A program made the position numbers and the translations under genes. 64,000 nucleotides of DNA from assembly GCA_900769885.1 (NCBI GenBank), contig CAAGIG010000087.1, forward strand, positions 12,966 to 76,965, in the 5' to 3' direction. The notes beneath the pieces are model-generated. The model saw only the letters and a program-made list of their open reading frames with translations. It searched no databases and had not been told where the DNA came from. The DNA is from Rikenellaceae bacterium (GTDB taxonomy: Bacteria; Bacteroidota; Bacteroidia; Bacteroidales; UBA932). Positions 58,936-64,000 of the stretch are shown here, one piece after another. The number at the start of each line of letters is the position of its first letter. The stretch's first letter is position 1.

Positions 58936-59548
58936 ACACATTGTATTCGATATCGACAACACTCTTCTGGATAGTGAATATGCATTGCTAACCACTTGGA
59001 AAGAGACCTTAAATACCTTACTTAATGAGAGTTACACAGTAGAGGAGCTTCGTTTCATATTAGGTATGACAGGACTCAACGCGATGCTCCATTTCCGAAT
59101 CAGGGATCTCGCCCAGGGATACAAACTTTGGGGAGAGTTTTACAAAAACAATCACTCAAGGGTAACTTTCTTCCCGGGAGTTATCGAGATGTTGGGCAAA
59201 ATGAAGGAGGCAGGGATCAGTTTAGGGGTGATCACCTCGAGAAAGCGCTCAGAATACGATGCGGAACCATTGATGAAACAACTCGAACCTTATATCGGAG
59301 TTATTGTCTGCTCAGACAACACTCCTCGCCCAAAACCGGATGGTGCGCCGATTGAGACATATTGCAAACTATGCGGAATCACCCCATCTGAGATGATTTA
59401 CATCGGAGATACCTATAACGATTTTATGTGTGCGAGAAATGGTGGCTGCGATTTCGGACTCTCCCAGCTCGGTATCGTAGAAAAAGAAAAAATCGAAGCA
59501 GATTACTACTTCGATTCGGCTGAAGATATGATAGAAACCTTAATTTAG
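58925..59548 (+). CDS. HAD-superfamily hydrolase (phosphoglycolate phosphatase-like)
   Basis: 207 aa with motif I FDIDNTLLD, motif II VITSR and motif IV GDTYNDF. Confidence 0.8.
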   Translation: MKYKHIVFDIDNTLLDSEYALLTTWKETLNTLLNESYTVEELRFILGMTGLNAMLHFRIRDLAQGYKLWGEFYKNNHSRVTFFPGVIEMLGKMKEAGISLGVITSRKRSEYDAEPLMKQLEPYIGVIVCSDNTPRPKPDGAPIETYCKLCGITPSEMIYIGDTYNDFMCARNGGCDFGLSQLGIVEKEKIEADYYFDSAEDMIETLI

Positions 59549-60112
59549 GTTCATTTTCTCCATTTTGTATCCGAGCCTTCTAAGCTGCATTGAGGCTCCG
59601 ATTCTATACATAACCTTGACGGTACGCGAGAGGATGTAAAATGCTTTTGCTGTACCGAACTCGATTTGCTCTTTCTGAATGATATTAATAGCTTTCTGGG
59701 CACAAGAGTAAGCGACTCCTGCGATTTGACGTGCCTCCATTGAGGTAATAGGGAAGCCGAGCACCTTCTCCACGATGTAGTCGTCCATATCGTCAAAACC
59801 TTTTGGACCATAGAACATCTTGTAGCTGTTGTTGCGTCTTTTCTTCCAATCCGAATCCCACCATTGCGCCACAGCCATTCCCATATATGCCGCCCAGGCG
59901 ATAGCTACCTCGGGATACTCATTAATCTGCTCGATGGCATCTGCCATATAATCGTCGGCATAATCTGCCCATTTCGCGTCAATATCCTCACTGTTAAGCA
60001 ATACGCTGTCCATAACTCCAAGAGAGTTACACAATTTAATCATCTCTCTCTGAAGATTATCCTCAAAATTGTTATAATATTCCAATTCTTCCATATTCTC
60101 TATTTTGGGCAA
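59540..60112 (-). CDS. hypothetical acidic protein, no recognised family
   Basis: 190-aa ORF in an operon-like arrangement 12 nt downstream of the Smr-domain gene. Helical and Trp-rich (AIAWAAYMGMAVAQWWDSDW). Confidence 0.5.
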   Translation of the reverse strand: MPKIENMEELEYYNNFEDNLQREMIKLCNSLGVMDSVLLNSEDIDAKWADYADDYMADAIEQINEYPEVAIAWAAYMGMAVAQWWDSDWKKRRNNSYKMFYGPKGFDDMDDYIVEKVLGFPITSMEARQIAGVAYSCAQKAINIIQKEQIEFGTAKAFYILSRTVKVMYRIGASMQLRRLGYKMEKMNLN

Positions 60113-60124
60113 AAATAATGATAT

Positions 60125-60634
60125 TTATCTAATTGTCACAACTGTCACTCCTGCCGCACCAGGCAGATATGTACATTTCAGGGCAAAAACCTCATCCAGC
60201 TCCTTCCTGATAGCATCTTTCAGAATTCCATCCCCCACTCCGTGAACAAAAGATATTTTCATCCCTCTGTGTTTCAAATGAGAGCGGAGCACCCTGCGGA
60301 AATAGTCCAATTGGAAAGGGAGCTGCGCCCCTTGGGGAATCTTCTTTCCTGAGGGGATTGCCTCAATATGAAGGTCAATGGTAATATGTTTGTTCAAAGG
60401 AACTTTTGAGGAAGAAGTTGCAGGTTTATGTTCTTTTGACTTTTGAACTGAAGAGATTTGCTCCAATTTTTTCACTTCGGACGGATCAACCACAAAGAAT
60501 TCCCCGGGATAAGCCTGAATGACAAACCCATCCTCGAGTTCCACCTCTGTTTTAGGAGAAACAGAGATGATTTTCCCTCTTAAATCAGAATCCATAAAAA
60601 TGACAGAATCCCCTATATTCAATTTCTCTTTCAT
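60125..60634 (-). CDS. Smr-domain protein (DUF2027-like N-terminus)
   Basis: 169 aa. C-terminal Smr pattern IDLHIEAI...ISFVHGVGDGILKDAIRKEL. Confidence 0.65.
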   Translation of the reverse strand: MKEKLNIGDSVIFMDSDLRGKIISVSPKTEVELEDGFVIQAYPGEFFVVDPSEVKKLEQISSVQKSKEHKPATSSSKVPLNKHITIDLHIEAIPSGKKIPQGAQLPFQLDYFRRVLRSHLKHRGMKISFVHGVGDGILKDAIRKELDEVFALKCTYLPGAAGVTVVTIR

Positions 60635-60653
60635 CTTCCTATATTAGTGGTTA

Positions 60654-61865
60654 TCAGCGAAGTCTATATTTATGAAAATGTGGTGTCACCTGTTTTGCAA
60701 AGAATATCAACGACAATATTATCAACACTACACCTAACATATAGCAATAGACATAATCGTATTCTGCCAAGGCTCCGCCAATAAGCATTCCGGCTCCGAT
60801 TCCGACATCCCATCCTGTCAGGTAAGTGGCGTTGGCTGTGGCGCGCCGTGAATTGGGTGCAAGATTTATAAATAAGGTGTTGTATGCCGGGAAAATGGTT
60901 CCGAATCCGTAGCCGAACAAAAATGCAGTCACAAAATATCCGATATAGCCCAGGGTGAGATTGTAAGAGGCTATGCTCGAGAGAGATGCTTCAAGAATTG
61001 CTCCCAAAAGGGCGATACAGATACCTGTTTTTATGGTTTGAGTAATAAAACCTTTGTCAACGAGTTTTCCAGAATGAAGCCTCGATGCAATCAGTCCCGC
61101 CGCCATTATTGTGAAAAAGAATCCTGTATTTTGGGTCATTCCTGCCTGATTGGCATAGATTGCCACAAAACTTGTTGTCATACCGTATGGAATTGCCAAC
61201 AGGAAGAATGAGAAACAAGCCCTGATTCCCTCTTTGAGGAAAAATCTGTCTGCAGAGAGGGGCTGGGATCTCTTTTCACGATTGGGTTCTTTGGCAGTTT
61301 TGACCAGCAAGGAGAAACAAAGTCCAGTGATTCCAGTTGCAAGGGATGTCGCAAAGAGGAGATTATAGTTTCCGGAGGCAACGATAAAGAGACCTGCCAT
61401 AGGGCCAAAAGCCATTGCAAGATTATTTGTAACACCATAATATCCAAGACCTTCACCTCGTCGGGAAGAGGGCATTACATCTATAACCAAGGTATTCCCG
61501 GTGGTAGTGAGCATCCCAAAAGCAAATCCGTGAAATACCCTCAACAATATAAATCCCACCAATGACGCCGTTATATAGAAATAACCGCTGAAGGCTGCCA
61601 CAAAGAGGAGGTATGCGACGACATACACCCCTTTTCTGGGGAGAGTATCTGCAATAAAACCGGCTAACGGCCTTACACTCAGCACCGCCACTACATAACA
61701 GGAGAGGACCACCCCTATAAGGGTCTGCCCTATTGAAAATGTATCCCGCAAATAGAAGGGCAAAGTGGGAACAAGGATATAAAATGCAAATGACATCATA
61801 AATCCTGAAATACATACAAATATGTAATTCTTCGTCCACAATCTATCTTTTGTAACTTTCTCCAT
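60654..61865 (-). CDS. MFS transporter
   Basis: 403 aa from an internal ATG (MEKVTKDRLW). 12 TM helices and an MFS loop motif (GFIADTLPRKG). Confidence 0.8.
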   Translation of the reverse strand: MEKVTKDRLWTKNYIFVCISGFMMSFAFYILVPTLPFYLRDTFSIGQTLIGVVLSCYVVAVLSVRPLAGFIADTLPRKGVYVVAYLLFVAAFSGYFYITASLVGFILLRVFHGFAFGMLTTTGNTLVIDVMPSSRRGEGLGYYGVTNNLAMAFGPMAGLFIVASGNYNLLFATSLATGITGLCFSLLVKTAKEPNREKRSQPLSADRFFLKEGIRACFSFFLLAIPYGMTTSFVAIYANQAGMTQNTGFFFTIMAAGLIASRLHSGKLVDKGFITQTIKTGICIALLGAILEASLSSIASYNLTLGYIGYFVTAFLFGYGFGTIFPAYNTLFINLAPNSRRATANATYLTGWDVGIGAGMLIGGALAEYDYVYCYMLGVVLIILSLIFFAKQVTPHFHKYRLR

Positions 61866-61884
61866 AATGGCAACGTATTCAGGG

Positions 61885-61892
61885 CAAAGGTA
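61885..61892 (-). promoter_or_regulatory. putative -7 box (TACCTTTG on the minus strand) for the MFS gene
   Basis: Exact TAnnTTTG, 19 nt upstream of the ATG at 61865. Confidence 0.45.
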
Positions 61893-61934
61893 GTATTTAA
61901 TTGAAAGAGGTATTCCACATTTTAAAAAAATATC

Positions 61935-61942
61935 TACTTTTG
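61935..61942 (+). promoter_or_regulatory. putative -7 box (TACTTTTG) for the partial lipoprotein gene
   Basis: Exact TAnnTTTG, 26 nt upstream of the ATG at 61969. Confidence 0.45.
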
Positions 61943-61968
61943 CTTGGTATACATAAATTAAAACCAAA

Positions 61969-64000
61969 ATGAAGAAAATTTATTTCTTGATTGCAGCTTT
62001 GATTGGGCTGACAATCATCACCTCTTGTAACAAAGATATACAAGAAAAACCTCAAATAGAGTTTGGACAAGAGAGTTTGACTCTTTCTGTGGATGGCACT
62101 TCTGCATCTATCGGATATCGTATCAACAACGCCCCTAATGATGCCAGACTTACATTTTCAAATCCTGCATCGTGGCTTACCATCAACGCCGATGCACCTT
62201 CTATCCTGGAGTTCTCCGCCACAGCAAATGACTCTGAAGATGAGAGAATTGCAGATATCACATTCAGTTATCCCGGCGCTGACGACTATACATTCAGAGT
62301 TACCCAGTCCGGATTGGATCCCGAATTGAGAATTGAGATTTCAAGCATTAACGCAACAGAAGTCTATTTCTCAGTTTTCACCAGAGACCCCGCCCTTACC
62401 TGGATTCCTATGGTGACCAACAAAGCCTATTTTGAAACAATCACCTCTGATGACCAGTTGTTTGAAGAAGATTTGGAATACTTCAAATATATTGCAGGTC
62501 TTGGAGATGTCTCTTTGGCGGAATTTATTGAACAAATTATGGAGACAGGTTCGGTTGAGGATATTTCTATCAAAGAGCTTGCACCATCTTCTGATTATGT
62601 CATTTATGCATATGGAATCACCACTGATGGAGTCCGCACCACCGACATTGTAAGTGCTGAGTTTTCTACCGAAGCTCCATACGAGGGGGATATTACATTT
62701 GAATTTGAAGTAGAAGAGATTGATTATGCTTTGAGCTTTGACATTATCCCTTCACACACCGGCGTTCCTTATTATTATGGAGTTGTAAGCGAAGATGAAT
62801 TGGAAGAATGGTATCAGACCTATAACACCAATGATTTCAAAACTGCCATTCAGGAGGGAGATATAAACTACACTATCCAACTACTTATGGATTACGAACT
62901 TATCTCATCAAGAGGGGATTATTTTGATGTTTACAACAACAACTCTGCCCTTATTGACGGATATTACGAATGTAAAGCAGCTACCAAATATTACATTTAT
63001 GCTGCAAAATGGGATGAAGATTGCAATTTGGTAGGTGAAGTTTCATTCTATGAGCATACCACTGCAGAAATTGGAAATTCTGAAATCTCTATTTCATTGG
63101 AAGTTTCTGACATTACCCAGTCGAGTGCAAAAATGAAAGCGACTCCAAGCAACAATGACTCGTATGTCGTAATTACAGAAAAGAGTGCTGTTATCGAAGG
63201 ATTGAGCGATGATGAGATTTTTGAACACGTTATGGATCATTACGATGCATTCCTTAGCGAGTATACCTATAATGGTGTGAAAGAGAAAGTTTACTCTTAT
63301 TTGAGCCCCGGTACAGATTATACCTTCCTTGCATTTGGATACAAAGCGGGGACTTTGACATCAGGCAGCATTACCAAATATGAGTTCACAACATTGGAAT
63401 CTGGAGCTCCTGAGGATTGTACTTTTGAAATAGAAGTGGAAGTAGGTTCAAAAGAGGCAGATGTGGTCATTACCCCTTCTGATAAAGGACACTTCTACCA
63501 CTGGATGGCATACCACTCTGAATTTACCGCTGATGAGGCTAAGGCATACCTTAGAGATGTGGTTATCAAAGAATACTACGAAGGAAACTTCCCTGCATTT
63601 GCATCCTGGGAGCTTTGTATTGGAGATACAAAAGGTGAAGCTTATGGTTTGTTCCCAAATACCGAATACAAAATCGGGGTTATCATTATGGATTACCACT
63701 CAGGAGCATTCCTTTCAGATATGCACTTCAGCGAACCATTTACAACATCTGAAGTCGAATACGCTGATGTCGACATTACTATTGAATTTGGTCCTTATTA
63801 TGACCTTCAGGAACTTGTCGATGCAGGATTCAGCGAATTCGAGAGCAAATTGGATGAGGCAGATGCAATTTTGCCTACTCAAGCTGTAATCGAGGGCGAC
63901 TATTCTGAATTCTATTATGCTATTTACAATAGAGACCTTACTGATACTGAGGAATATCCAGATGATTTGTTCTATGAAGACCTTTACTATGGCTCAACAT
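61969..64000 (+). CDS. large modular surface lipoprotein, 5' part (677 aa in window, continues beyond the end): BACON-like domain plus at least 4.5 tandem ~105-126-aa modules
   Basis: Not in the ORF track because there is no stop in the window. My translation from the ATG at 61969 gives MKKIYFLIAALIGLTIITSC (lipobox), then a BACON-like segment (NPASWLTINADAPSILEFSATANDSEDERIADITFSY), then modules ending EFST, YEHTT, EFTT and PFTT. Confidence 0.8.
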   Translation, partial: MKKIYFLIAALIGLTIITSCNKDIQEKPQIEFGQESLTLSVDGTSASIGYRINNAPNDARLTFSNPASWLTINADAPSILEFSATANDSEDERIADITFSYPGADDYTFRVTQSGLDPELRIEISSINATEVYFSVFTRDPALTWIPMVTNKAYFETITSDDQLFEEDLEYFKYIAGLGDVSLAEFIEQIMETGSVEDISIKELAPSSDYVIYAYGITTDGVRTTDIVSAEFSTEAPYEGDITFEFEVEEIDYALSFDIIPSHTGVPYYYGVVSEDELEEWYQTYNTNDFKTAIQEGDINYTIQLLMDYELISSRGDYFDVYNNNSALIDGYYECKAATKYYIYAAKWDEDCNLVGEVSFYEHTTAEIGNSEISISLEVSDITQSSAKMKATPSNNDSYVVITEKSAVIEGLSDDEIFEHVMDHYDAFLSEYTYNGVKEKVYSYLSPGTDYTFLAFGYKAGTLTSGSITKYEFTTLESGAPEDCTFEIEVEVGSKEADVVITPSDKGHFYHWMAYHSEFTADEAKAYLRDVVIKEYYEGNFPAFASWELCIGDTKGEAYGLFPNTEYKIGVIIMDYHSGAFLSDMHFSEPFTTSEVEYADVDITIEFGPYYDLQELVDAGFSEFESKLDEADAILPTQAVIEGDYSEFYYAIYNRDLTDTEEYPDDLFYEDLYYGST

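Noticed and set aside
1-64000. CRISPR arrays, IS elements, rRNA genes, prophage or defence islands
   Set aside because: Scanning intergenic regions and ORF products showed no regularly spaced direct repeats, transposase, integrase, rRNA-like sequence or typical defence-domain proteins. Only one tRNA was found.

Overview
This window looks like a chromosomal, mostly housekeeping segment of a low-GC Bacteroidota (Bacteroidales-like) genome. The phylum call rests on four things: repeated exact TAnnTTTG -7 boxes in front of genes, no obvious Shine-Dalgarno sequences, BACON-domain lipoproteins, and Bacteroidota-typical gene neighbourhoods (ftsX-DUF3098-uppP, half-size glycogen-synthase-like gene plus DUF4270, Nif3 plus COG1579 zinc-ribbon gene).

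Gene content, left to right:
- glyA (partial), a TrmH-family methyltransferase, and the full RseC-like/rnfBCDGEA operon.
- DUF3108 gene, dnaB, zinc-ribbon gene, Nif3, MerR, two M23 peptidases, and thiamine pyrophosphokinase.
- An LptF/G-type permease fused in frame to methionyl-tRNA formyltransferase, then alaS, a second LptF/G permease, tgt and an SDR-type threonine dehydrogenase.
- A GSCFA gene, a transporter/porin pair, and a 22-gene ribosomal-protein/secY/infA/rpoA cluster running rplP to rplQ.
- lpxH, uppP, ftsX, fabF-acpP, purN, one tRNA-Leu(UAA), a TolC-HlyD-ABC-ABC2 exporter operon, a MATE pump, a HAD hydrolase, an Smr-domain gene and an MFS transporter.

I saw no rRNA, CRISPR array, transposase, integrase, phage gene or recognisable defence or toxin gene.

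The parts not explained by standard annotation are:
1. A set of large, acidic surface lipoprotein genes built from repeats I cannot assign to a named family (44648-46432, 47617-51120, 61969 to the window end). Their codon usage resembles that of highly expressed genes.
2. The in-frame LptF/G-Fmt fusion.
3. A break in the normally contiguous S10-spc ribosomal cluster directly upstream of rplP, with a textbook Bacteroidota promoter at the break.

If an undescribed system is present, the repeat-lipoprotein cluster is my best candidate, but I cannot show from sequence alone that it is a functional system. All family names come from motif recognition by eye, not from database searches.
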